Shown piece after piece: positions 36,272 to 46,351 of a DNA stretch of 64,000 nt. The notes under the pieces were generated by a model, which saw nothing but the letters and a program-made list of their open reading frames with translations, was not told where the DNA came from and did not search any database. How positions within the stretch are numbered: the stretch's first letter is position 1; every line of letters starts with the position of its first letter. The translations under genes were made by a program, and so were the position numbers. Location of the stretch: IMG/VR virus record IMGVR_UViG_3300006793_000013; one strand, written 5' to 3'. Origin of the DNA: a virus.

Positions 36272-36961
36272 TTATTTAACTTCCACACCATGCTTGTAGT
36301 TCCATAAGTGAACATCTTCTTTCGTGTTAATCTCAACTCCGTCGAAGTCAACATGCGAACATCCAATGTCCCAACCATTCTTTAACCAGCGTAGTTGTTC
36401 AAGTTTTTCTACATCTTCCTCGATTGGAATCTCTAGATTTGGATACATTTCCAAAGCATTGCGTTTGTATCCATAAACACCTAAGTGCCATTCTCCATAC
36501 CCGGTCATGCCTCGTCCGAACCACAGTGCTTTATCTCCAGCTCTTACCATTTTAACACTTTCGGGTCTGTTCTGTTCTTCTTCACGCATTGTTGTATAAA
36601 CAGTACTAACAGAATAATACTGTAACCATTCTTCACATCGATCAATCATTGTTTCTGTAATGTCTGGCATGTCGCCTTGTACATTTATAAATGTATCGTA
36701 TGCTTTAAAGAAATTACTTGAAGCGGCTCCTGCACATCTTGCAGTTCCATTTTCATATGGAGTTTCCTCAATCCAACAACTGTCTGAACCGAACAAAGGA
36801 AAAATTTTCATACTGTCTGTTAACACAAAAGTATCACGTCCAGTTGCTACACAAGCATCATACACACGTTTAATCATAGGCTTGCCGTCTAAGTCTATAA
36901 GAGGTTTGCCTGGATAACGTGTACTGCCATATCTAGCAGGAATTAAAATTGCTGTTGTCAT
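36272..36961 (-). CDS. kdsB: 3-deoxy-manno-octulosonate cytidylyltransferase
   Basis: IPARYGSTRYPGKPL, INVQGDMP, HLGVYGY, EKLEQLRWL, INTKED. Confidence 0.9.
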   Translation of the reverse strand: MTTAILIPARYGSTRYPGKPLIDLDGKPMIKRVYDACVATGRDTFVLTDSMKIFPLFGSDSCWIEETPYENGTARCAGAASSNFFKAYDTFINVQGDMPDITETMIDRCEEWLQYYSVSTVYTTMREEEQNRPESVKMVRAGDKALWFGRGMTGYGEWHLGVYGYKRNALEMYPNLEIPIEEDVEKLEQLRWLKNGWDIGCSHVDFDGVEINTKEDVHLWNYKHGVEVK

Positions 36962-37108
36962 TGCTGAACTCTCCATATTTCATACATCTTCCAGAGTTCC
37001 CAGGTAACAAATAATACAATACCTCCAACGAATCCTCCGTATATTAATCCTATGACGCCATAGTAAAACAACTGCGTGAATATTACTATAGCGACATAGT
37101 CATACAAT
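36958..37108 (-). CDS. Small membrane protein (~49 aa), boundaries approximate
   Basis: Manual translation from TTG: MYDYVAIVIFTQLFYYGVIGLIYGGFVGGIVLFVTWELWKMYEIWRVQQ; fills gap, overlaps kdsB start. Confidence 0.45.
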
Positions 37109-37498
37109 CTAAACACTCGCTACCTCAGTAACGTTTGCCCAACGGAAACTTCGCCAACCTTTTGCATTGACATCCCATACTACCTGTACTTCTTCGTTGA
37201 TCTTTTGCACTTTCTTTTGAGATGCAGGATCTTTAGTTGCTTTAGGCACAACACCTTCTTGCAACGTACAAGTCATTACACGTTTATCTCCGTTAATTTT
37301 ATTGAATGTAACTACCACTTCACCTTTAACAAGTTTTGCAATAGTACTTTCTTTTAAGATTTTAAGAACAGATGGCATCTCCTCTTTTAAATCTTCTCCA
37401 TAACGTCCACGGTCTCTGTTTCCGTCACCGTTTAGTTCAGTAAGGTCTTGTTGCTTTTCTTTAAAATCACTCATTCTGGCACCGTCCATGGATAGCAA
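37109..37498 (-). CDS. WYL_2/DUF2693-like SH3-fold phage protein
   Basis: VVVTFNKINGDKRVMTCTL...VWDVNAKGWRSFRWANV. Confidence 0.7.
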   Translation of the reverse strand: MLSMDGARMSDFKEKQQDLTELNGDGNRDRGRYGEDLKEEMPSVLKILKESTIAKLVKGEVVVTFNKINGDKRVMTCTLQEGVVPKATKDPASQKKVQKINEEVQVVWDVNAKGWRSFRWANVTEVASV

Positions 37499-38099
37499 GG
37501 TACAATACTTTGCTTACAATACTTTGCGTTGTCTACCAATAACAACGGTACACCTACGATAAAAAAGGTAATGATAAGAAATGCTGGTAGCAATCCTTTT
37601 GTTGTGCAATAATTAGTTTGTTCACTCATTATAAGCACCCACTTACACAGACCATGCCGTCCCATATACTAAGAGACTCCATAACCTTCATAGCAATTAC
37701 CAATCCGAATAAAATTTCCATTTGCTTAGTTCCTTACGTTTGATTTAATACAAATCAAGTTTTGATTAATTGGCGGATATCCATCTATTGATCCCATATC
37801 TGCCAACGCTACTTCACGAGCCATAAAACATTTCTCCATAGAGTTAAATGATGCTTTCTCATATGCAGAAATCTTATATGGCAAGACACTTATTAATACT
37901 AATACCCACATTGTCATAGTCCTATTAACCTCCAACCATGATTAGCTATTGCGTTTAAGATGATAGCAAGGCAAGTAAGAATGTGCAACAACACCCACCC
38001 AGAGCGTATAATTGCCACTCTGTCAGACCGATTGTTATCTTCTTCATATGCTTTCTCCCCAATTGCCTTGCACCATAGTTCCCACAGTTTTGCACCCAT
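37471..38099 (-). CDS. Three small hypothetical/membrane ORFs (37471-37629, 37726-37935, 37914-38099)
   Basis: Short co-oriented hydrophobic ORFs filling the operon. Confidence 0.45.
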
Positions 38100-38101
38100 A
38101 C

Positions 38102-38623
38102 CTACTCCTTATTGTCTGCATGGTACTGATCCACGATTTTCATTGCGTGGTTCCTTAGAGTTGCGTTACCTTTCGTCATTCCGTCAAGTAACAGTTTCTT
38201 TTCTTGCATGTAAACCTTTGCAAACCCCGGGTCGTGTTTTATAATACTTTCGGAGTTAGAAATTAGGTCTGCATACTTAATTGTCTGCGCTTGTGCAGAC
38301 GCATTGATAGAATGCTCTCTATCTTTTGCTTTACGGAATGCCCTGTTGCCATCTTCAGGATCTGAAATATCTGTAAGATCAGATACTAACGATTTTACAA
38401 CTTTTCCAAACTGAATTTCGATGTCATCAAGTGTGGCTGCCGTATCTTCTACAGTATCGTGTAGAACTGCCGCTATCAACATTTCTGTTGTATGTGGTAC
38501 AGTCTTTACAATACCCATCACCTCTATAGGGTGTCCGATGTAAGGAGCGCCAGTGTATTTTCTTTTCTGACCTTTGTGGGCAAGAGTAGCATAAGCGATT
38601 GCTCTGTCTAATGGCCTGTCCAT
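38102..38623 (-). CDS. Stand-alone HD-domain hydrolase of RelA/SpoT (Mesh1-like) type
   Basis: AHKGQKRKYTGAPYIGHPIEV, AAVLHDTVED, IKYADLISN. Confidence 0.88.
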   Translation of the reverse strand: MDRPLDRAIAYATLAHKGQKRKYTGAPYIGHPIEVMGIVKTVPHTTEMLIAAVLHDTVEDTAATLDDIEIQFGKVVKSLVSDLTDISDPEDGNRAFRKAKDREHSINASAQAQTIKYADLISNSESIIKHDPGFAKVYMQEKKLLLDGMTKGNATLRNHAMKIVDQYHADNKE

Positions 38624-38651
38624 AATTGTCCTCCTTCTTTATTATGTTTTA

Positions 38652-38680
38652 ATAATAGCATCTTTGTATTACTTTGTCAA
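38652..38680 (-). promoter_or_regulatory. sigma70 promoter TTGACA-N17-TATTAT
   Basis: Upstream of HD gene, followed by AGGAGG SD. Confidence 0.7.
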
Positions 38681-39200
38681 GTATTTTAGTGCATAAAATG
38701 TAAGTTCTTTATCTTCAAAATCAGCAAAGACATCTACTTGAAAGCCGTAACCAAAGTCGTCTTGTGAAATTTTTCTAAATAGATTTTTTGAGTTGTCTTT
38801 GCAGTATCGACCAGCAGGAGATTTTTCCATCCATTCAAAGATTGCTGTGTCGCAATATATTTCTGGATCTTCTACGTCACCTAACGTAAATCTATGAACG
38901 CAAAATCTATTCTGGGGTGAAGTCAAAGCCATCGTGCTCTGGTGCGTACTGTGTCATTAAGATATGCTTACCAATCTCAAATAATCCTACACCGGCTGCA
39001 ATGTCAGGTACATTAGACCAAATAACAGCATTACCATCTGCAGATAAACTTGTAGTTACAAACTCTGTAATCTCACCATCGGCAACACGTTTACGAAACG
39101 CATCAACAATGTCTAGTCGAGATTGAATCTCTTCTGATACTTCTTGCTTCTCGTTAGGCTTAAAGTCAACTACCTTCATTCCTTTATATTCCTTTTCCAT
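38669..39200 (-). CDS. Two small hypothetical proteins (38669-38932, 38907-39200)
   Basis: 87 and 97 aa overlapping co-oriented ORFs. Confidence 0.5.
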
Positions 39201-39209
39201 TTCTCAATC

Positions 39210-39773
39210 CTATAAAATGTGATCCGCAATATTGAGCTTGATCAGATCTTTTGCGGTGAAGTACTGATCACTCGGACTGTCAAAATACTTTTTAACCTGT
39301 GCTAAAGTATAACCAGTCGCTTCTCGTAAAACTTGATATGCACGTTGTTCGCAGTTTTGATTCTCATGCATTGCTGCTTTCATGTCGTGCATCTTAGCGT
39401 CCATAGTATCGCTATGCTGATGATTCATTATACCTGTATTCTTTCCTATATACCTTTCGCCTTGCTTACCACTTGCAAAAATTAAAAATCCTGCACTCAT
39501 AATTGCACCAACACCTATTGTTCTTATATGATGATAACTTTGTTTCATAACATCAATAAGTGCAAACGCTTCGTATAGGTCTCCACCATATGTGTTTACA
39601 TATAAGGTAAGTGTTTTCTTTGGCTTCTTGTTTAAATTGGCAGAAACAATCCACTTAATAGTTTGACTGACGTTGTCATTAGCAATATCTCCACTTAGAT
39701 AATGAATGTCATTATCGTGCAGACTCTTGTCTATTGCATCACTGGCTGTCCAATTCTCGTACTTTGCTGGCAT
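39210..39773 (-). CDS. clpP: ClpP-family protease subunit
   Basis: LYVNTYGGDL, GAIMSAG (Ser), IMNHQ (His), DQYFTA (Asp). Confidence 0.85.
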   Translation of the reverse strand: MPAKYENWTASDAIDKSLHDNDIHYLSGDIANDNVSQTIKWIVSANLNKKPKKTLTLYVNTYGGDLYEAFALIDVMKQSYHHIRTIGVGAIMSAGFLIFASGKQGERYIGKNTGIMNHQHSDTMDAKMHDMKAAMHENQNCEQRAYQVLREATGYTLAQVKKYFDSPSDQYFTAKDLIKLNIADHIL

Positions 39774-39837
39774 AGAAATTACTCTTTAATTATTAAGTAT
39801 ACACATATTTATAGGTTGTGTCAAGCACAAAATACCA

Positions 39838-40032
39838 TTAGTGATTGCTTGAGTTTTCACCATATTTTAGAGCGAACATTTGTGCATCTCTATCGTCCTT
39901 AAAAAACCAGCGTTCTCCACGGTTATAAAACTTGTCTACACAAGACTCTAAGCACCAAACTAGTTTTTCTTCAGAATATTTGGATGATAAAGTTGTCCAA
40001 TCGTTAACCACCGCATAAATGTCATGACTCAT
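39838..40032 (-). CDS. Small hypothetical protein
   Basis: 64 aa, directly below a consensus promoter. Confidence 0.5.
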   Translation of the reverse strand: MSHDIYAVVNDWTTLSSKYSEEKLVWCLESCVDKFYNRGERWFFKDDRDAQMFALKYGENSSNH

Positions 40033-40038
40033 AATAAC

Positions 40039-40067
40039 ATTATAGCATATAACAAAAACCTTGTCAA
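40039..40067 (-). promoter_or_regulatory. Perfect sigma70 promoter TTGACA-N17-TATAAT
   Basis: Exact consensus with TGC extension. Confidence 0.8.
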
Positions 40068-40124
40068 ATAGTTTTATGCTCACAAAATGACTAAATAGTA
40101 GTAAGTAGGAGCGAAAATACTATT

Positions 40125-40403
40125 ATGGACTTTTTAACATTTGTAAGCGAAGTTGGATTCCCAATTGCAGGCGCAATAGCCGCAGGCTTCTTTGTATTCA
40201 CTACATTAAAATTTATTTTGGCTAGTGTAACAGGAAGTGTATGTGGCCTGCAGAATATGATTTCAGCATTAGATAATCGTGTACAAACAATGAATAACGA
40301 TCTTGTTAAGATTGATGCATTGATGAGTTATGCTTTAAACGTAAAACCTAACATAGATCGTATAGCTGCCAATGAAGGCAAAGAAGACGCAAGACGAGAC
40401 TAA
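40125..40403 (+). CDS. Single-TM coiled-coil membrane protein (paralog of 41012)
   Basis: GFPIAGA...TM...LDNRVQTMNNDLVKID. Confidence 0.65.
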   Translation: MDFLTFVSEVGFPIAGAIAAGFFVFTTLKFILASVTGSVCGLQNMISALDNRVQTMNNDLVKIDALMSYALNVKPNIDRIAANEGKEDARRD

Positions 40404-40422
40404 CAGAAGAAAGGGTATTACC

Positions 40423-41003
40423 ATGCTATGGAAAGATTTACTACTAACAAAATTTGAAAACGGTTTTCGCATTCTAAAAGACAAGGACCCAGAAGATAAG
40501 TTCTTTGTTATTGACGAAGTAGATATTAAAATTGGTGATGAATATAGAGTAGGACCAAACGGATATTTCGAGTTGATAAAATCTGTCGAAGCAGGAGTGG
40601 CAATTGAAAATAACACTTGACGGAACTGAATACGAAGTTGACGCAGGTAGCGTCGGCGAAGGTATAAAAATCATTCGTGAGGAACAAGAAGCCGAAGCGA
40701 AAGGTTTTTTAAGTGTCCAAGAAATGCATTGGGCAAAAGCCAACGGTTTTGCTAACAAGGCAGAATGGTGGGCAGCAGAGCAGAAGAAAGGATAAAATTA
40801 TGATGTGGGTTGACTATGCAATTGACCAAGTTGGACCAAACTTCAAAGTAAAAGGAGATTGGGAAGGCGAAGTAATGGGCGTCGCTAAAGACGGCACTCA
40901 AAAAGAACATTTTTTGTATAAGCCAGGAGACCGTTTCATTGTAAATGAAAGTGGTTGGTTATGTAAAGTAGAGGCTAAAGCAGCCGAGGAAACGGATAGA
41001 TAA
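40423..41003 (+). CDS. Three small hypothetical proteins (40423-40620, 40604-40795, 40800-41003)
   Basis: First and third share a Y/F(K/R)xGDxFxV...GxL beta pattern. Confidence 0.5.
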
Positions 41004-41011
41004 TAGCAAGT

Positions 41012-41332
41012 ATGACAGCAGAATTAGCAGCAGCGATAAAAGACTTCGGCTTTCCTATAGTGGCTGCGATGGGTCTCGGATATTTTGTCTACTACGTATG
41101 GAAGTGGGTAACTACCGAGATTAAACCTGTACTGGGTGAAGCATCGGGTAAACTAGTAGGATTGATAGATCGTATTCGTATGTTAGACAATGACATGATT
41201 AGACTTAATCAAAAGTTAAACATGGTATTAGAATTTAAAGAACAATACGAAAAAGTTACAGGTAAAAAACTAGATCTTGATGCAGATGAAATTGAAAAAG
41301 CTGTAAAAGCAAAACCTAGAAAGAAGAACTAG
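41012..41332 (+). CDS. Single-TM coiled-coil membrane protein (paralog of 40125)
   Basis: GFPIVAA...TM...LIDRIRMLDNDMIRLN. Confidence 0.65.
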   Translation: MTAELAAAIKDFGFPIVAAMGLGYFVYYVWKWVTTEIKPVLGEASGKLVGLIDRIRMLDNDMIRLNQKLNMVLEFKEQYEKVTGKKLDLDADEIEKAVKAKPRKKN

Positions 41333-41710
41333 GTGGAACTATTTTTACTGTCATTACTACTTGTTAAACACACTGTAGTTGATCTTGCTTTACAACATTA
41401 CATTGTTGGGCAGCAAAAACTAAAGTGGTTAAATCCTAAAGCACACTGGCATTATGCACAACACGGTATAGGTACAATGATTGTTGTGCTTCCTGTTACA
41501 GGGGATTTGCTGGTCGCTGCATCAGTTTCGCTTTTAGATTATTTAATTCATTGGCACGTTGACTGGGCGAAACATCATTGGATTGCTCGACACGGTTGGA
41601 GCTCTGCTGATAGTGGCTTTTGGTGGGCTGCTGCAATTGATCAGACTTTACATTATCTAACTTACTGCGTAATTGTAATGCTAGTTGCAAGTCATGTATT
41701 CGTTGCTTAA
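41333..41710 (+). CDS. DUF3307-like membrane protein
   Basis: KHTVVD..LQ, HxxxHG, IHWHVDWAK, IDQTLH. Confidence 0.75.
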   Translation: MELFLLSLLLVKHTVVDLALQHYIVGQQKLKWLNPKAHWHYAQHGIGTMIVVLPVTGDLLVAASVSLLDYLIHWHVDWAKHHWIARHGWSSADSGFWWAAAIDQTLHYLTYCVIVMLVASHVFVA

Positions 41711-41751
41711 TGTTAGTAACTTTATCTTCTATGCTTAAATTTTTAAAGTAA

Positions 41752-43812
41752 TCATTTTGTTGTTGCAATGAACACTCCATTCCAATCTTTAGGTAACTTT
41801 TGTGTTTTCATATATTCACAACGTTCAATCCACATAGTATAATATCCTTCCATCTTAGCATCAAAGTGTCTCATTAGTTTTTCACAAATCCATATTGCTT
41901 CATCAAACTTTTGTTTTTGATACAAATCATGCATTTCTTGATGATGGCGTTGTGCTGTACGCCATGCTGGTTTAGGATTGTCTAGTACTGTCCAAATACC
42001 AATACCAACTGTTTTACCTTTAACTGCTAGGTCGTCTACTTTTAAGTAGAAGAAGTCGTCTTTAGTTTGTTGATATGTTGCATCTCCTACTAGTAATAAG
42101 CAACCATATTCTTTACACTTAGATTCTATTCTTGCTGCTGTACTTACAGAGTCGCCAAGAACGTCATAAGAGTGCCTTGCGGTGCTACCCATTTCGCCAA
42201 GGTAACCAAGGCCAGTATTAATACCGGCACCCATACCAACGGGAGGACGTCCTTCATTTGTAATTTGTTCATTAAATTTCTCCACTGCCTTAAGCATATC
42301 TAATCCACATTGCACTGCGGTCTTTGGATGTTCTGGATCTTCAATTGGTGCATTGTGTACATGCATACTTGCATCACCAATGTACTTAATTACCATACCA
42401 TCGCTGTCTAATATAGGTTGTGTAATAGCATCCATATAGCCATTCATAATTTTGGTTAAGCCTTTCACGTCATCGCCAAATGATTCGCCCAAAGGTGTAA
42501 ACCCACGCAAGTCTGAAAATAGAATACTGACCTCTTTCTTCATACCGTCTTTGATAAGTGCAGGATTTTCTTGTAGCATACGTACTACTGTTGGTGATGC
42601 ATACCCTGCAAATTGCTTCTTAATCTTTTGTTTTTCAAAGAATTCTACTACAAAACGGTTAAATGTAGCATGGAAACCTACTGCTGTGCCTACTAGCAGT
42701 ATCCAGCTCACATCCCATAGCTGTAAGTGCCCTTTAAACAGCGTATAAGCGCCGTACAAGCACGTTGCGTACATAATAAGTACCAATGCACCCACTACGT
42801 AATATGGTGCTAAAACCGCCGCAATTATAAGAATAAGCCCAATTACGATACTAGCAGCATACTCTACAAATGTAGCATAATCAAAACGTACAATGTTATC
42901 GCCATTTACGATAGTCTGTAATGCTGTTGCAGTCATTACATAACTGTATTGTTCTCCGTTTGGAGTAGCAATAACTGGTGCAAGTCCTTCTGCTGTAATA
43001 CCAATAATTACAATTTTGCCTTCCATTCCCCAAAAGAAATCTTCTTCTGATGCACTGTATACATCAAAGTCTTTGTTCCAACGCAACCAAATTCTACCAT
43101 TTGGATCTGTTTGAATAGTTTGATACGCAGGCACACGCATAGCAATAATACCGCCCTCGCCTGCTTTAACTTGATAACTAGGATCACCTACAGCAACACG
43201 TATTGTTTCCATAGTAATACTTGGATATACTTCGTCACCTACACGCATTAGCAATGGTAAGCGTCTTACAACACCATCTATTTCAGGTGCAGTATTAATT
43301 ACTCCAACGCCTGCTGCGTTTTCACCTAGTAAAGGTATAGGACCTAACATGCCCGGCCATTCAAATAACCAAGGCATAGGATCACCTATTTTAGCAACAC
43401 CTCTTGGTACTGCATTTTTATTTGTTTGTGTTGTTCCTGTTTGTGCGATAACAACACCATTGTTTAGCAACATCTGTGCTAGTTCAGTATCTCCACCTAG
43501 TCTATCATTCTCAGAAAATAGGATAGGCATAACAATAACGCCAGCACCATGCGCTCTTAAGTTTTCAATAATACTTGCTAATACATCACGCTTCCATGGC
43601 CATTGTCCGTACTTTTCTATAGATGCTTCGTCTATTTCTAATATAGCAATGTCGTTGGATAGTGGTTCTACTGTGTCATAACTTTGAATAAGATCAAAAG
43701 ATTTGAGTCTTAAAGTCTGTTTTACATAGGGATCGTTGAACCCTAATATACTAATAACTGCTAAGGTTAGAAGTGCTGTAGACCAATGTGTTATAATCTT
43801 TGACAGTTTCAT
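41752..43812 (-). CDS. CHASE2-domain class III adenylate/guanylate cyclase
   Basis: CHASE2 (IDEASIEKYGQWPW.R, DGVVRRLPL), 3 TM helices, FSDLRGFT, KYIGDA, YDVLGDSVSTAARIE. Confidence 0.93.
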   Translation of the reverse strand: MKLSKIITHWSTALLTLAVISILGFNDPYVKQTLRLKSFDLIQSYDTVEPLSNDIAILEIDEASIEKYGQWPWKRDVLASIIENLRAHGAGVIVMPILFSENDRLGGDTELAQMLLNNGVVIAQTGTTQTNKNAVPRGVAKIGDPMPWLFEWPGMLGPIPLLGENAAGVGVINTAPEIDGVVRRLPLLMRVGDEVYPSITMETIRVAVGDPSYQVKAGEGGIIAMRVPAYQTIQTDPNGRIWLRWNKDFDVYSASEEDFFWGMEGKIVIIGITAEGLAPVIATPNGEQYSYVMTATALQTIVNGDNIVRFDYATFVEYAASIVIGLILIIAAVLAPYYVVGALVLIMYATCLYGAYTLFKGHLQLWDVSWILLVGTAVGFHATFNRFVVEFFEKQKIKKQFAGYASPTVVRMLQENPALIKDGMKKEVSILFSDLRGFTPLGESFGDDVKGLTKIMNGYMDAITQPILDSDGMVIKYIGDASMHVHNAPIEDPEHPKTAVQCGLDMLKAVEKFNEQITNEGRPPVGMGAGINTGLGYLGEMGSTARHSYDVLGDSVSTAARIESKCKEYGCLLLVGDATYQQTKDDFFYLKVDDLAVKGKTVGIGIWTVLDNPKPAWRTAQRHHQEMHDLYQKQKFDEAIWICEKLMRHFDAKMEGYYTMWIERCEYMKTQKLPKDWNGVFIATTK

Positions 43813-43817
43813 ACACC

Positions 43818-43823
43818 TATTTA
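43818..43823 (-). promoter_or_regulatory. Late promoter core TAAATA, 5 nt before ATG 43812
   Basis: TAAATA-GGTGT-ATG. Confidence 0.6.
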
Positions 43824-43831
43824 TCTACGGA

Positions 43832-44829
43832 TCAATGATCGTAAATATTCGGACCGTCTTGCATTTTTACAGGTTTGCAATATGCTGTTATTCTATGTTC
43901 TGGCGGAACTAAGTATTTGTTTCCGTAATTACCATACTGCATAGGTATACGTTTAGCGTAATATTGGCACACATCTATGCTTCTAAAATACATAGGTGAA
44001 GGTTGCTGTACATCTGCTATTAGTACCACTAACATAAAGGCATGTATCAACGTACTAATCTCCTGTCGCTGCGTCCTGGTCTTCTAATGGCAGGTTTCTT
44101 TTCTTCCTCAACAGGAAGAGGTGGCGGGTCTTTAGGCTTCTTTGATTCTGCTCTAAGTCTAATCTCTTGTCTTTGAGAAAGTTGTGACTTGAACATGTCT
44201 TTAACTTCTTGTGCTTGGTCTGTAGAAATTATAAAGTAGTTTATAGCACTCCAGGAATTACCCATAAAAAGTAATTTACCTGCTTTATAAAGTATACCTT
44301 TGTTATTATCATTTACAAAAACATAGTCTTTATAAGCATACCTCAACTACATCATACCTCTCGCTTTTGCTGTCAATACTACTATAAAGATTGCAAAGCC
44401 GCCGACAACAACTATGCCAAGAGCTATAGCAATACCTTCTAACAATTTACGTCTACGTTCTTCTTGATCGTAAATTGCTTTTTGTCTTTTCTTTCTAATA
44501 TCACCTTCAGTTTTTAAAAGCTCATCCCATGCACTTGGACCTCTAGTAAAACTAATAATCTGTTTTAGTTCAGCTCTCATATCTTCTGCTTTTTTCTTAG
44601 CCATAAAGATTTGCATAGCCTCTTCTTCAACTGATCCTGCTTGGAATAGTTTTTTAAATAATGGCGGTTTCTTATTATACTCTTCTGCTTTTTTAATATC
44701 TGAAACAGCACCCATCCAACGACCTAAGTCGCCTGCCATGGATTCTATTTCACGTCCGGCTGCGAAGCCGGCTTTGATTGTGTTAAATGCGCCGGTCGCC
44801 ATAGCGACGGCAGAGATGGGATCTATCAA
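43832..44829 (-). CDS. Three hypothetical proteins (43832-44050, 44047-44346, 44347-44829)
   Basis: Coupled ORFs; 44347 has MIDPISAVAMA N-terminus and a C-terminal TM. Confidence 0.55.
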
Positions 44830-44872
44830 AGTTTCGCTCCTTTGTTATATTCACCAGTATTTATGCGAGATT

Positions 44873-46351
44873 TTAGTTTTGTGTTACTGTAGTTGTACCA
44901 CAACCATTTGCGTTTGCGCAATTTTGGTTTATTGAATAAACTTGATTGTTTGAACTATCTTGTGTAAGGTCAAGTGTTGCACTGTGACCTGTCATGCTAA
45001 CACTTGCATTGTGATTGCCTGTGCCATCTTGTGTAATACCAACAGTTTGATCGCTACCTACTGCAATTTCTGCATAGTGTGATCCTGATCCTTGCTGATA
45101 TAAATCGATATCATTGTCGTCACCTTGAACACTAAGGAATGCTTTTTTATCTCCGTCATTAAGTTGACTTGATAAAATGTTATTAGTATCTCCGTCTAAG
45201 TCTATTGCAAGAAAGTGTCCGTTGTTTCCTATACCGTCGTTATGATTTTGTGTAATACTTAATATGTTAGAGTCGCCATTAACATCAAACTCAAGCCTAT
45301 TATCATCTGCTCCAGATGATCCACCTTGACTTACAGTTGTTGTATTAGTATCTCCTGTAACATCAAACAGTATTACATTGTTGTCACCTCTTTGTGTTAA
45401 TGTTGTATCATTGTTATTACCAATGATGTCAGCGTTTACTATGTTGCTAGATGTTGAACCAACACCTGCTACAAGGTTATCACTTCCGTCTTGAACTATA
45501 TCAAGCTCGTTATCATTACCAACCTGGTTAATATATATGCCACTACCATTGTGTGTTACTGCTCTTGATGCTGTAATCTGATTAGTCTGTGCTGTGCTTA
45601 TGCTTGATGTATATGATGATACACTGTATAATCCTGCTTGAACCATTGAACGAGTTAGGAAGTCCACCATGTTATTACTATATTGATGTGTTGATAGTAA
45701 CTGTCCATAACCAAATGAAACTGTGATTGATCCACCATTACTACCATACTCCCAATTATACCAAGTGTTCCAACTACTGGCACTGCTATTTTTGGCCATT
45801 GCTGTACCGCCACTTGCTGTAAACAATTTGTCTGGTCCTGGTAATGTGTTTTCACTTGATGTGCTTGAAGCATAATCGCCTACTGCATATGAAGCCCAAC
45901 AGGTATTACAACTACCTGCTATTGACATACTTCCTACACTTAATTTACTTTCAACCAACGATTCAATGTTACCTATTCTATTGGTTGCTCCGTTGGGTGC
46001 AAGAATAACTACGTGTCCTCCGTTGCCTATAAAACTTTCATAGTTTGTTTTACACGTACTGCCACAGTTTGAAGTTCCTGCTATATCAATTACAAGTTCT
46101 TTGCCTGATAGATCACTTGAACTTACTGTGCCACTTGTACTTCCTGTAACTGTAAATCCTAAATCTTCAAGTTCACTTTTTAAATGATTGTAGTGTGAAC
46201 TTGTGTTTGTTCCACCTGTGCTGTAATATATAATAACATCATTTGCAAAGGCTGGAGTTACAGCGAACAATAGAAAAAGGAAAAATAAACTATTTCTGAA
46301 TAATGTCAATATCATTACTGCCATCTCCAAGTGAGTAGTCTCTGGTTTCAA
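44873..46351 (-). CDS. Secreted protein with C-terminal curlin-like (QxGxxN) repeats, CsgB-like
   Basis: Signal peptide (..AVTPAFA|ND); INQVGNDN, VQDGSDN, TQRGDNN, YQQGSG, TQDGTGN. Confidence 0.75.
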   Translation of the reverse strand: MKPETTHLEMAVMILTLFRNSLFFLFLLFAVTPAFANDVIIYYSTGGTNTSSHYNHLKSELEDLGFTVTGSTSGTVSSSDLSGKELVIDIAGTSNCGSTCKTNYESFIGNGGHVVILAPNGATNRIGNIESLVESKLSVGSMSIAGSCNTCWASYAVGDYASSTSSENTLPGPDKLFTASGGTAMAKNSSASSWNTWYNWEYGSNGGSITVSFGYGQLLSTHQYSNNMVDFLTRSMVQAGLYSVSSYTSSISTAQTNQITASRAVTHNGSGIYINQVGNDNELDIVQDGSDNLVAGVGSTSSNIVNADIIGNNNDTTLTQRGDNNVILFDVTGDTNTTTVSQGGSSGADDNRLEFDVNGDSNILSITQNHNDGIGNNGHFLAIDLDGDTNNILSSQLNDGDKKAFLSVQGDDNDIDLYQQGSGSHYAEIAVGSDQTVGITQDGTGNHNASVSMTGHSATLDLTQDSSNNQVYSINQNCANANGCGTTTVTQN

